This document shows positions 38,175 to 47,471 of a DNA stretch of 64,000 bases, one piece after another; position 1 is the stretch's first letter; the number at the start of each line of letters is the position of its first letter. The translations under genes were made by a program, and so were the position numbers. Below the pieces are notes generated by a model. The model was given only the letters and a program-made list of their open reading frames with translations, had not been told where the DNA came from and searched no databases. This stretch comes from Candidatus Lutacidiplasma silvani (lineage in GTDB: Archaea; Thermoplasmatota; Thermoplasmata; Lutacidiplasmatales; UBA184): NCBI GenBank assembly GCA_022750295.1, contig JAKIVZ010000001.1, positions 5,651 to 69,650 on the forward strand, in the 5' to 3' direction.

Positions 38175-40058
38175 GTGTCGGTCGCGCTCGTCGTGGCCCT
38201 GACCGCCGGGACGTCCGCGGCGGTCTCTTGGGCCCGGACGCGGGGTCCGTTCCGCGGGTCGTTCGCCCGCGGCGCGCTCTTGACCGCCCTCCTCGCCGCC
38301 GCCGCCCTCGGCGCGGCGTGGCTGACGGCGGCGGCGACCGGCGCGCTCCCCGGAGGGAGCCGGCTCGACGCGTTCGCGGACGTCGTCGCCTCGCCGTACT
38401 TCCTGTTCCCCCTCGCCGGCGAAATGGCGGTCCTTTCGCTCCTGTCGTTCCGCTCCCTGGCGTCGGAGTGGCGCACGCTCCTCCTCCTGCCCCCGGGGAT
38501 CGTCGTGCTGTCGGCGGTCGCCGTCGGATGGCCGGCCGAGACCACCGTGGCGACCCTCGCGGCGAGCCTCCTCATCGTCGTCCAGTTCACCTACCTCATG
38601 CTGTTCATGTACCGGAACAAGCAGCTCTACGTTCCGGTCGCGACCTACATGGTCCGGCTCGCCGGCGCCGGCACGGTCGTCGGCCTCGGCCTTCTCGTCT
38701 GGGTCGTCTGGCACTCCCCGGTGGTCGTCGGCGTCGCGGCGGTCGCCGAGATGCTCGTCTTCCTCTCCGTCGCGGTCGCGCCGCCGGCGCTCGTCGACGA
38801 GGAGCGGTTCTCCTGGCTGATGCGCCCGTTCTGGGCGTTCCAGATGCTCTGCGCGATCTTCCTCGCGGAGCTGTTCCTCGGGGCCGCGCTCGACATCTCG
38901 ATCTACGGGCCCGTCTACATGGCCCAGTTCCCGTGGACGATCGTCGTCGGGGTGCCCCTGACCACGGCCGTCGGGAACGCGGTCTGGGACGGGCTCTGGT
39001 TCGTCGCCGGCACCGCGGTCTCCGCCTGGTTCCTGATCCTGATGGGCCTCGAGATGGCCGCCCTCGTGGTCCTGAAGATCCGCGAGACGCACGAGAAGGA
39101 GCAGAAGTGGCGGCTCGGCCTCATGGTCGCGGTCTACGCGGTCGCCGTCGTCTACATCCCGAGCTTCTGGACGAAGACGCCGCTCGTCAGCAATTCCGTC
39201 GTCGCGAGCCTCCCGGTGATCGGCTGGGGGATGGGGATCCGGACCGGCGGTCCGTTCGCCCCGACGGTGCTCGGCGCGATCATCCTGATGTACGCCTCGG
39301 TCGGCGTCCTCACCGTCCTGTTCGGCCGCCGGGCGCTCTGCTCGGTGATGTGCGGGGCCGCCCTGATGTACCAGTCGGCGACGATCAGCGAGATGCGGAC
39401 GTTCAACCGGACGTCCCGGATCGGCCGGCTGTTCCTCGGGAGCAACTTCTCGACCGCCTACGCGGTCGCCTCGGGGGTCGCGCTCGTCTCCCTGTTCGGC
39501 ACCTCGTTCCTGCCGTACCTCCACCTGCTCCCCGGCGTGCAACTCTCCGCCAGCAGCTACATGGCGGCGACCCTGCCGTTCGAGCTCTACTTCGGCGCCC
39601 TCTGGTTCGTGATGTTCGTCTCGATCCCGTACGTCGGGAACTACAACTGCGTCACGACGGGCTTCTGTCACTGGGGGTCGTTCGCCCAGCTGTTCAGCAA
39701 GGCGACGTTCTTCAAGCTCCGCGTGAAGGACAAGACGATCTGCCAGTCGTGCACGACCGTCGAATGCGCGAAGGCGTGCCCGATCGGGCTCATCGACATG
39801 CCGATGCACTTCCGGACGAAGGGGGAGTTCCGCAGCGCGAAGTGCTGCGGCGTCGGCGATTGCGTCCCCGCCTGCCCGTACGGGAACATGTACCTCTCCG
39901 ACGTCCGCCACTGGCTCCGCGGCAAGTTCTCCGACCCGCTCCACCCTCCCGCGTCGGCCCGGCTACCCATGGTGGCGCCCCGTCGCGCCGCGACGGCGAC
40001 GTCGCCCGCCTCGGCGAGCGGCGCGGGGTCGTCGGCCGGGCCGTCGCTCTCGCACTGA
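38175..40058 (+). CDS. Polytopic membrane polyferredoxin (NapH/FoxG-like 4Fe-4S binding protein)
   Basis: About 13-14 TM helices; CSVMC, CVTTGFC, CQSCTTVECAKACP and CCGVGDCVPACP motifs. Confidence 0.8.
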   Translation: MSVALVVALTAGTSAAVSWARTRGPFRGSFARGALLTALLAAAALGAAWLTAAATGALPGGSRLDAFADVVASPYFLFPLAGEMAVLSLLSFRSLASEWRTLLLLPPGIVVLSAVAVGWPAETTVATLAASLLIVVQFTYLMLFMYRNKQLYVPVATYMVRLAGAGTVVGLGLLVWVVWHSPVVVGVAAVAEMLVFLSVAVAPPALVDEERFSWLMRPFWAFQMLCAIFLAELFLGAALDISIYGPVYMAQFPWTIVVGVPLTTAVGNAVWDGLWFVAGTAVSAWFLILMGLEMAALVVLKIRETHEKEQKWRLGLMVAVYAVAVVYIPSFWTKTPLVSNSVVASLPVIGWGMGIRTGGPFAPTVLGAIILMYASVGVLTVLFGRRALCSVMCGAALMYQSATISEMRTFNRTSRIGRLFLGSNFSTAYAVASGVALVSLFGTSFLPYLHLLPGVQLSASSYMAATLPFELYFGALWFVMFVSIPYVGNYNCVTTGFCHWGSFAQLFSKATFFKLRVKDKTICQSCTTVECAKACPIGLIDMPMHFRTKGEFRSAKCCGVGDCVPACPYGNMYLSDVRHWLRGKFSDPLHPPASARLPMVAPRRAATATSPASASGAGSSAGPSLSH

Positions 40059-40091
40059 GTCGGGCCCCCTCTGGGGACCGGGGTCCGACGG

Positions 40092-40871
40092 CTACGGACG
40101 CCGCACGGACTTCGACCGGGCCCGGCCGTCGGCGAGCCCGGAATCGAGCAGGAGCTGGAGGAGGTGTTCGTGCTTCTTCTCGTCGGATTCCATGCTGTCC
40201 CAGAGGATCCGCATCATCCCGCCGAGTGCCGGGCCGAGGTCGATCTCGCTGGTCTCCTCGGCCTCGTGCTCCCGGCGGATGAGCTGCTCCACGTCGCGAC
40301 GGGTGATCCCCGTCGGGGCGCTCGAGGCGACGCCGCGGTCGAGGTAGGCGGCGAGGGACGCGACGATCTCCGCGTGCCGGAGGCTATCGGAGGCGATCTG
40401 CCGGAAGAGCGCCCGGGTGAGCTCGTCGCGCGAACGTTGGGCGAGTCGCATGCACTCGGCGACCGCGTTCTGCTCGCCGCGGATCCGGTCGCGGAGCCAC
40501 TCGGGGACCTTTTGCTGGAGCTCGGGGCGCAACCCGTCGTTCTTCGTCCCTTTCCCCTCGGGCGGCCGGGATCCGAACCGCTCCCCCAGGGTGATCGCCG
40601 CCTCGAGGACGACCCGGGTGCTCACCGAGCCGGTCATCAGCTTCTGCGCGGTCTGGTGGGCGATCCGACGGGCCTCCTCGTCGCCAAGGTAGGTCGAGAG
40701 GGTCGGGCCGAGCCGCTTCCCGGAGAGGTACTGGGAGACCGACGACGGCACGATCCCGAGGAGGACCGCCGTCTGACGCTCGGGGAGCCCGAACCCCTCG
40801 ACAAGCTCGCGGGCCACGAGCGCCTGCATCACCTGCACGAAAACGACCGGCGATGGCAGGGCGTCGGGCAC
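40092..40871 (-). CDS. Transcriptional regulator: archaeal Xre-like HTH fused to a ferritin/rubrerythrin-like domain
   Basis: 'ALVARELV...A.LLGI..SSVSQYLSGKR' HTH; 'EQ.AV...LFRQIASDSLRH...E.E...SMESDEKKH' four-helix metal-site pattern. Confidence 0.75.
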   Translation of the reverse strand: MPDALPSPVVFVQVMQALVARELVEGFGLPERQTAVLLGIVPSSVSQYLSGKRLGPTLSTYLGDEEARRIAHQTAQKLMTGSVSTRVVLEAAITLGERFGSRPPEGKGTKNDGLRPELQQKVPEWLRDRIRGEQNAVAECMRLAQRSRDELTRALFRQIASDSLRHAEIVASLAAYLDRGVASSAPTGITRRDVEQLIRREHEAEETSEIDLGPALGGMMRILWDSMESDEKKHEHLLQLLLDSGLADGRARSKSVRRP

Positions 40872-40953
40872 GGGGCCGAGAGGGGCCCGGCAGCTACATA
40901 GCCCCTCGCGCTCCGCCGCCTCGACGGAGCGAATCGCGGCCCGGCGAAGCGCC

Positions 40954-41748
40954 CTAGAGGGCGTTCACCGCAAATCCGAGCGCGAACCCGACCATGACGC
41001 CGATGTAGACGAGCTGGTTCCGTCGGACCGAGGCGTCGCGCGAATCGAGCGGTTTGAACGCGACCCGGAGCATCGGGAGGATCACGTAGGCGATCGCCCC
41101 GATCGCGAGCGCATCGAAGATCACGAGGAAGAGATCGTTGCTCCAGAAGTAGCCGATCGCCCCGCCGAGGAGGGTGGGGAGCCCGCCGACGAGGAAGAGA
41201 CCGACCATCGTCCCGACGTTCCGCTTGGCGGTCGTGCCGAGGAACGGGGACGCGATCGGGAACCCCTCGGTCACGTTCTGGAGGAAGAACCCGACGAAGA
41301 CGACCGCCAGGATCCCGAGCGCGCCGGCGGTCCAGTTCACACCGAAGACGAGCCCCTCGGTCAGGTTCTGGAGGCCGATCCCGAGGGCGATGATGAGCGC
41401 CGTCCGCTGCGGGCCCCGTTCCGGGGCGACGCCGCCCTCGGCCCCGGCGCCCACGGCCGGAGAACGGGGGAGGTTGTCGACGAAGAAGAGTCCGAGGAAC
41501 GCGACGACGAAGGCGACCCCGAACGCGGCGGAGTAGCCGAGGTCCGCCACGTACCCGTTCGGGTAGAGGATCGGCGAAACGTCGGAGAACACGTCGGCGA
41601 GGAGGAAGAGGAGGATCCCGATCGCCGCGGCATTCAGCCCGACCGCCCATCGTCCCTGGGCCCGCCGACTGTAGACGATCGGCAGCGAGAGGAAGATCGA
41701 GAGGCCCATCGCGCTGGTCAGCCCCATGAAGAGCCAGAAGTTGCCCAT
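40954..41748 (-). CDS. ZIP-family divalent metal transporter
   Basis: 'IALGIGLQNLTEGL.FG' and 'LQNVTEGF.I' TM4/TM5 motifs (the usual HN is QN). Confidence 0.85.
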   Translation of the reverse strand: MGNFWLFMGLTSAMGLSIFLSLPIVYSRRAQGRWAVGLNAAAIGILLFLLADVFSDVSPILYPNGYVADLGYSAAFGVAFVVAFLGLFFVDNLPRSPAVGAGAEGGVAPERGPQRTALIIALGIGLQNLTEGLVFGVNWTAGALGILAVVFVGFFLQNVTEGFPIASPFLGTTAKRNVGTMVGLFLVGGLPTLLGGAIGYFWSNDLFLVIFDALAIGAIAYVILPMLRVAFKPLDSRDASVRRNQLVYIGVMVGFALGFAVNAL

Positions 41749-42091
41749 GGTCGGTTCGCCGAGGGGCGACTCGTCGGACGATTTAAGCGCTTCGTTAGTG
41801 AATTATTGGCACGAGAATTTCACGTTGTGATTTTCCGGAGCTCGGCCGGCGCTCGGCGGGCGTTCGGATCGGCGAGCCAAGGTCCGGCGCGGGGGGTCCC
41901 AGCCGAGGGGATCCTCGGTCGAAGCGCCCGGGCCGCCGGCACGCGGCACCCGCCCGGCGCGTCTCGGCCGGGGCGTCCTCTCGACCTGACCCCGTGGGAT
42001 TTTCGCGTTCCGGGAGGTGGGCCGAGTGCCACCAAATGGTCAAGAGGAGCCGCGGGCGTCCTTACCGGGCCCGGCGCACCCGGGGACGTCT

Positions 42092-42817
42092 ATGGGACTG
42101 CCGAAACCGTCGCTCGAGGAGATGCTCCACCCGGCCGCGGCCGGGGGCCGCGAGGAGCGGGACGGCGTTCGGATCGTCGCCGTCGCGGACCTTCCGACCC
42201 GGTTCGGAGAGTTCGAGGTCGTATCGTTCCGGAGCCCCGAGGACGGGAAGGACCATGCGGCGCTCGTCCTCGGGGACATCGGGGGGAAGGAGAACGTCCC
42301 CGTTCGGCTCCACTCGGAGTGCCTGACGGGGGACGTCTTCACGTCCCTCCGGTGCGACTGCCGCGAACAGCTCGAGCTCGCGATCGAGGAGATCTCGAAA
42401 CGCGGCTCGGGCGCGCTCCTCTACCTCCGCCAGGAGGGTCGCGGGATCGGGCTCGAGAACAAGATCAAGGCGTACCGGCTCCAGGAGCTCGGCCTCGACA
42501 CGATCGAGGCGAACGAGGCGCTGGGGTTCCGGGCCGACGAACGGGACTACCGGGTCGCCGCCGGGATGCTGAGCGCGCTCGACGTGCGCTCGATCCTCCT
42601 GATGTCGAACAACCCGGCGAAGATCTCGGACCTCCAGGCCCACGGGGTGCGGATCGCGGGGCGGATCCCACTCGAGGTCTCCCCGAACCCGCACAATGCG
42701 AAGTACCTCGAGACGAAGCGGGTTCGAGCGGGCCACCTGTTGCAGGCTCCGCGGTGGCCGCCGATGCGCGAGCAGCTCGACTGCCTGCACACCCCCGCCG
42801 GACCGTCGGAAGGCTGA
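42092..42817 (+). CDS. ribA: GTP cyclohydrolase II
   Basis: VRLHSECLTGDVF.S.RCDC..QL, YLRQEGRGIGL.NK, NNP.K, N..YL.TK. Confidence 0.95.
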   Translation: MGLPKPSLEEMLHPAAAGGREERDGVRIVAVADLPTRFGEFEVVSFRSPEDGKDHAALVLGDIGGKENVPVRLHSECLTGDVFTSLRCDCREQLELAIEEISKRGSGALLYLRQEGRGIGLENKIKAYRLQELGLDTIEANEALGFRADERDYRVAAGMLSALDVRSILLMSNNPAKISDLQAHGVRIAGRIPLEVSPNPHNAKYLETKRVRAGHLLQAPRWPPMREQLDCLHTPAGPSEG

Positions 42818-42976
42818 GCGGGACGGGCCGGCGACGTCCGGACGACTCCGGTCGGATCGGGGCACGTCGCGTTCTATCTACTCGGAACCGTTCCGGGGAG
42901 TGCCGCTCTTGGGCGGCGAGAGAAATCCATGCAGGGAGAAGGGGCGCGGCCGCACCGCGCGAACGGGGGAACGAAG

Positions 42977-43795
42977 ATGCGCTGGATGGGCGCGGCGGCG
43001 TTGGGGACGATCGGCGTGGCGGTCCTGATGGTGCTGATGGGCGCGGCGAGCGCGTCGGCGGCGCCGACCGTGGTCAACACGGTCCGGACGAGCGCCCCGT
43101 ACACCGGTGCGTGGTCCAGTCCGTCGAGCTCGACCGACGCCGGGGGCTGCGCGACGAGCACCGTCGTGACCGCCCCGTTCTGGCACGCCCGCACGGGAAT
43201 GGGCGGTTTCTCCGGCACCTCGAGCGCGCGCACGTGCGCCGGCCAGGACTCGTACGGTACGACCGACACCACGTACACCACGTACGTCCCGATCGCCATC
43301 GTTCCCGGCCATGACCACATCAGCGCGAAGTGGTGGCTGCAGGTCGCCGGCGGCGAGTCGCTCCACCTCGCCTCATGCTCGATCGGCGCGACCTCGTTGA
43401 ACTTCTCGTATTGCTACGCGGCCTCGTCCAGCGAGATCTCGGGGGGCGCCTATCTGATGGACCTGACCACCGACACGTACCTCGCGAGCGCGACCAACAC
43501 CTGGAACGGGACGGGGGCCTCCGCCTACTTTGAGGAGTACTGCAGCTACGGGAACTGCTCGACGTACGCGGGCGGCAACTCCTCGACGTTCGGGTACTCC
43601 GGCTGGGTCACGTGGAACTTCAACGTCCACGGCCTCCTCGCGACCCACCAGTACGAGCTCGTCCAGTGGTTCACCGGGTACGAGTCGTCGGACGTCGAGG
43701 GGTACGGGGCGACGATCCACGCGCACGCTTCCGCATGGCTGAACGCCGGAACGTTCGGGAACGGCGAGACGCTGAAGGCGGTCGTCGTTACCTGA
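42977..43795 (+). CDS. Secreted Cys/Tyr/Ser/Thr-rich protein of unknown function
   Basis: Signal peptide ending ASA-A; six Cys; beta-rich composition. Confidence 0.75.
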   Translation: MRWMGAAALGTIGVAVLMVLMGAASASAAPTVVNTVRTSAPYTGAWSSPSSSTDAGGCATSTVVTAPFWHARTGMGGFSGTSSARTCAGQDSYGTTDTTYTTYVPIAIVPGHDHISAKWWLQVAGGESLHLASCSIGATSLNFSYCYAASSSEISGGAYLMDLTTDTYLASATNTWNGTGASAYFEEYCSYGNCSTYAGGNSSTFGYSGWVTWNFNVHGLLATHQYELVQWFTGYESSDVEGYGATIHAHASAWLNAGTFGNGETLKAVVVT

Positions 43796-43811
43796 GCGGC
43801 CGAGCCTCCCA

Positions 43812-43837
43812 CCCGGGTCGAGGGAATCCCGACCCGG
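43812..43837. terminator. GC-rich hairpin downstream of the secreted-protein gene
   Basis: CCGGGTCG...CGACCCGG inverted repeat just after the stop codon. Confidence 0.3.
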
Positions 43838-43969
43838 CCCGATGTCCAACCCCTTCCCGGCGCTCCGAGTTCCCGAGGGACTCCGGATCGATTCGTACCC
43901 GACCCGGCGGCTCCGAACGAACGGAAGAACCATTTGGAGGGGCGTACCACTCCGGTACGGGACGGACCC

Positions 43970-44407
43970 ATGGAACCGGGGGAGATCATCGGACTTGGCG
44001 TTCTCGCCGTCGCGGTCGTGATCGCCGTCTGGTCCGCGCTCCTCTCGCTCCGCGTCCGGAAGGACGGGTCGATGCTCGAGGGGATGGTCCAGCTCGCGTT
44101 CCTCCCCGAGAAGCGGCGGACCTACCTGCTGATCCTCGCCATCGAAGGGAACCTGCTGCTGGACGCCGCGATCGTCTGGGCCCTCGGGCTCGTCGGGGTC
44201 CTTCCGGGCTGGCTCGTCACCCCGGCGGTCGGTCTCTGTCTCGGGGGCGGGGCGATCGCCGTCGGGGCGCTCACCTGGCTCGGGCTCCGGCCCCGGCATC
44301 TCACCAATGCGGAGCGCGTGACGATGCAGGCCCGGGCGCCGCAGATCCTCGAGAGCCTCGCGTTCGCGGCGTACGCGGCGCACGACACGGACGACCCCGT
44401 CGGCTAG
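43970..44407 (+). CDS. Small 3-TM membrane protein
   Basis: Three hydrophobic segments. Confidence 0.7.
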   Translation: MEPGEIIGLGVLAVAVVIAVWSALLSLRVRKDGSMLEGMVQLAFLPEKRRTYLLILAIEGNLLLDAAIVWALGLVGVLPGWLVTPAVGLCLGGGAIAVGALTWLGLRPRHLTNAERVTMQARAPQILESLAFAAYAAHDTDDPVG

Positions 44408-44422
44408 TCGCGCGGCTCGGGC

Positions 44423-47338
44423 CTACGACTCCGGCTCCTCGGTCCATACCTCAGGAGCGGCGGCCGCGGGCGGGGGCGTGTTCTTGCGCCGCCGCATCAC
44501 GACGACGGCCGCGACGATCGCCAGGAGGACGATGAGTCCGACGACGAGGAGGTCGAACGTGGTCGCCGGGAGGCCGAGCACCGAAGTGGAGGTCTTCGCG
44601 GTGACGTTGAGGTACGCCTGCGCGGTCGCCGATTCGCCGAGGGTGTCGTGCGCCGTGACGGTCACGATGAAGCTGCCGGTCGCCGTCGGGGTGCAGGTCA
44701 GCGATGACGCGTTCGTCGTCGCGCAGCCGGCGGGGAGGCCGGTATACTTGAACGAGTACACCCCGCTCCCCTGCGAGGCGTTCGTCACCAGGTTGACCGA
44801 AGTTCCGACCGTCGTCGGGTTCGAGACGGGCCCGAACGAGCCGATCACCGGGTCCGCGTTCACTTTCACCGAGCCGGCCGAGCTCTGCGTGACCCCGAGC
44901 GAATCCTTCACGGTGATCGTCACGGAGTAGAGTCCGACGCTGCGGGGAACGCAGACCACCGCGTCGTCATTGACCGCCGCGGGCGACGAGCACCCGGACG
45001 GCAGGTCGGTGAACGAGTAGGTGTACGGTCCCGTCCCGCCGCTCGGGGTCGCGGTGAACGTGACGTTCTGGCCGAGGTCGATCGTCGACGGGGAGGCGGC
45101 GACCGTCGGCGCGGCCATCGGGGAGTTGACGGTGAACGAGATGTTCTCGAACGCGGAGTAGCCGGTCTCGTCCTGGACCTCCGCCTCGACCGTGAAGTTC
45201 CCGCTGACCGTCGGCATGCACGAATTGGCCGCGGTGGTCCCCAGGCTGCAGCCCGCCGGCTCGTTCCGGTACAGGTAGGTCAGGGCGCCGGTTCCTCCGG
45301 TCGCGTTCGCCCAGAGGTGCACGGGCGTGCCGACGTCAATGATGGCCGGGGAGGCGACTCCGGAGGTGAACGCCGGGTCGGGGGCCACGATGACCAGCAC
45401 CGAGTCGTGGGTCGACCAACCGAAGGTGTCCGTCGCGTTCACCGTGACGAGCCCGTCCGAGCTCCCGGTCGGCGTGCACGTGAGGACCGGGGCGTCCACC
45501 GTGACGCACCCCGGCGGGAGCTCGGTCCACGCGTAGCTGATCGGCGCCGTGCCGCCGGAGACCGTGGCGGTGACCTTCAGGCTCTCGTTGACGTCGAGCG
45601 TCGACGGGAGCGGGACGAGGTCGGTGACGTTGGGCTGCGCGTTCACCCTGATGGTCGTCGTCGTGTTGATCGCGAATCGGACGGTGTCGGTCACGGTGAC
45701 CCGGACCACGTCGGTCCCGGGGGCGGTCGGGGTACAGTTGAGGACCGCGAGGTCGGACGAGGAGCACCCGGTCGGGAGCCCCGAGTAGCGGTACGAGAGC
45801 GCGCCCGTTCCTCCGCTCGCGTTCGTCGCCAACGCGATCCGGCTGCCAACCGTGACGTTCGTCAGCGTCGGGACGAACGACGCGATCGCCGGGTCGGCGT
45901 TCACCGTCAGGTTCCCCGAGACGTTCACCGGGACCCCGCCGGAGTCGTTCAAGGCCACCGAAATCGGGAACACTCCAACGGCGTTCGGAGTGCAGTTCAG
46001 GATGGAGATGTTCGAGGTGGAGCACCCGGGCGGAAGGGCGGTGTAGTTGTACACGACATATCCCGGATGCCCGATCGGGGTCGCGTTGATCTGGGCGGTC
46101 TGACCAAGGTCGATCGCGCCCGGCGCGACGGAGACCTGGCCGAGGATCGACGGCCCGAGGACCCACGTCTCGTTGCTGAAGGTGGCGTTCGAGAACTCGC
46201 CGCCGAACAGGATCGTGTAGCCGTCGAGCGGGTCGAACGCCATGGTCACATACGCAAGTGCGGGGGGCGAATGCGTGAGGGAACTGGTCAGGCTCGTCCA
46301 GTTCCCGCCCGTGAAGTTCCAGGTGTCCGAGAGCGCGCCCGTTGCCGCGGTCGGATTGGTGGTACCGCCGAAGAGCAGCGCCGTATTCGCGATCGTCGAG
46401 TAGGTGAGCCCGTAGTACACCCGGGCGCTCGGATGGGTCGTCGGCGCCAGCGGCTTCCAGGTCAGGTTCTGGTAGACCCACGTGCTCGAGTCGGGGGACG
46501 AGCAGGCGATGGACGTGCAACCCCCGAAGACGACCGTGTAGTTGTCCACCGGGTCGTAGACCATGCTCGCCCGGAACCGCGCCGGGGGGGTTCCCGTGAC
46601 GGTCAGCTGCGTCCAGTTCCCGGCGAGGAACTCCCACGTGTCAGAATAGGCCGTGGACGCCCCCGCATTCGTCCCTCCGAACATGAGGACGTACCCGTCC
46701 CCGGCATCGTACGCCATCAGAGGGCGCCAACGGGCCAAGGGAGTCTGGTTCGTGGTTCCGGTCAGATTCGTCCAGGTTCCGTGGACGAACGTCCACGTCT
46801 CGTTGTTCGCCACCGCCGCCGGGTACGCGTACCCGCCGAACAGGACCGCATAGCCGTCCGCGGCATCCCAGGCGAAGCCGGCGAGGTAGCGGGCCGAGGG
46901 TCCGCCGGCGGAGAGCTCGGTCCACTTTCCACCCGAGAACGTCCAAGTGTCCGAGAACGAGACGGACGTCGTCGCCCCGCCGAACAGAATCACGTAATGG
47001 TCGATCGGGTCGTAGACCATCATCGCCAGGTACCGCGCCGTGGGCGCGGTCCCCACGTCCGAGCTGACGTCGGTCCACGATTTCGGATTGACCGCGGCGC
47101 TCGCGGGGCGGGCGGCCGGGGCCGGGCTCGCCGCCGCGCACGATTCCCCGAGGAGATTCGAGGCCTGGCAGGTCAGGTTCGCCGTCGATTGCAGGACCGG
47201 CTTGGCCACCACGCCGCTCGCATCGTTGCTCGCCGAGTGTCCGGGGTTCGCCGACGCGGCGGGGGAGAATGGCGTGAGACCTCCCGGTAGCAGGAAGAGC
47301 AGAACCACGGCCACCGGCAGTGCGCTCCGCAGGATCAT
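44423..47338 (-). CDS. Surface protein: 6 kelch repeats, 6 Cys-paired Ig/PKD-like repeats and a C-terminal TM anchor
   Basis: Repeated AR....M.YD...Y..LFGG...DTW.F; repeated LPxGC-x(7-13)-CxP; TM followed by RRRK. Confidence 0.85.
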   Translation of the reverse strand: MILRSALPVAVVLLFLLPGGLTPFSPAASANPGHSASNDASGVVAKPVLQSTANLTCQASNLLGESCAAASPAPAARPASAAVNPKSWTDVSSDVGTAPTARYLAMMVYDPIDHYVILFGGATTSVSFSDTWTFSGGKWTELSAGGPSARYLAGFAWDAADGYAVLFGGYAYPAAVANNETWTFVHGTWTNLTGTTNQTPLARWRPLMAYDAGDGYVLMFGGTNAGASTAYSDTWEFLAGNWTQLTVTGTPPARFRASMVYDPVDNYTVVFGGCTSIACSSPDSSTWVYQNLTWKPLAPTTHPSARVYYGLTYSTIANTALLFGGTTNPTAATGALSDTWNFTGGNWTSLTSSLTHSPPALAYVTMAFDPLDGYTILFGGEFSNATFSNETWVLGPSILGQVSVAPGAIDLGQTAQINATPIGHPGYVVYNYTALPPGCSTSNISILNCTPNAVGVFPISVALNDSGGVPVNVSGNLTVNADPAIASFVPTLTNVTVGSRIALATNASGGTGALSYRYSGLPTGCSSSDLAVLNCTPTAPGTDVVRVTVTDTVRFAINTTTTIRVNAQPNVTDLVPLPSTLDVNESLKVTATVSGGTAPISYAWTELPPGCVTVDAPVLTCTPTGSSDGLVTVNATDTFGWSTHDSVLVIVAPDPAFTSGVASPAIIDVGTPVHLWANATGGTGALTYLYRNEPAGCSLGTTAANSCMPTVSGNFTVEAEVQDETGYSAFENISFTVNSPMAAPTVAASPSTIDLGQNVTFTATPSGGTGPYTYSFTDLPSGCSSPAAVNDDAVVCVPRSVGLYSVTITVKDSLGVTQSSAGSVKVNADPVIGSFGPVSNPTTVGTSVNLVTNASQGSGVYSFKYTGLPAGCATTNASSLTCTPTATGSFIVTVTAHDTLGESATAQAYLNVTAKTSTSVLGLPATTFDLLVVGLIVLLAIVAAVVVMRRRKNTPPPAAAAPEVWTEEPES

Positions 47339-47471
47339 TCGTTCCCACTTCGTCGAGCACCCGGGTCGAAGGCGTGCCGCGGCCACCCCCGGGCGAAACG
47401 GCCCGAGAGTCATCTAACTTTGCTTTGGCTCTCCCTCGGCCGGGCCGCCGAGCGGAGGACGCCGGCGGGCT

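Noticed and set aside
41750-42091. FMN riboswitch upstream of ribA
   Set aside because: The conserved RFN-element sequences are not recognisable.
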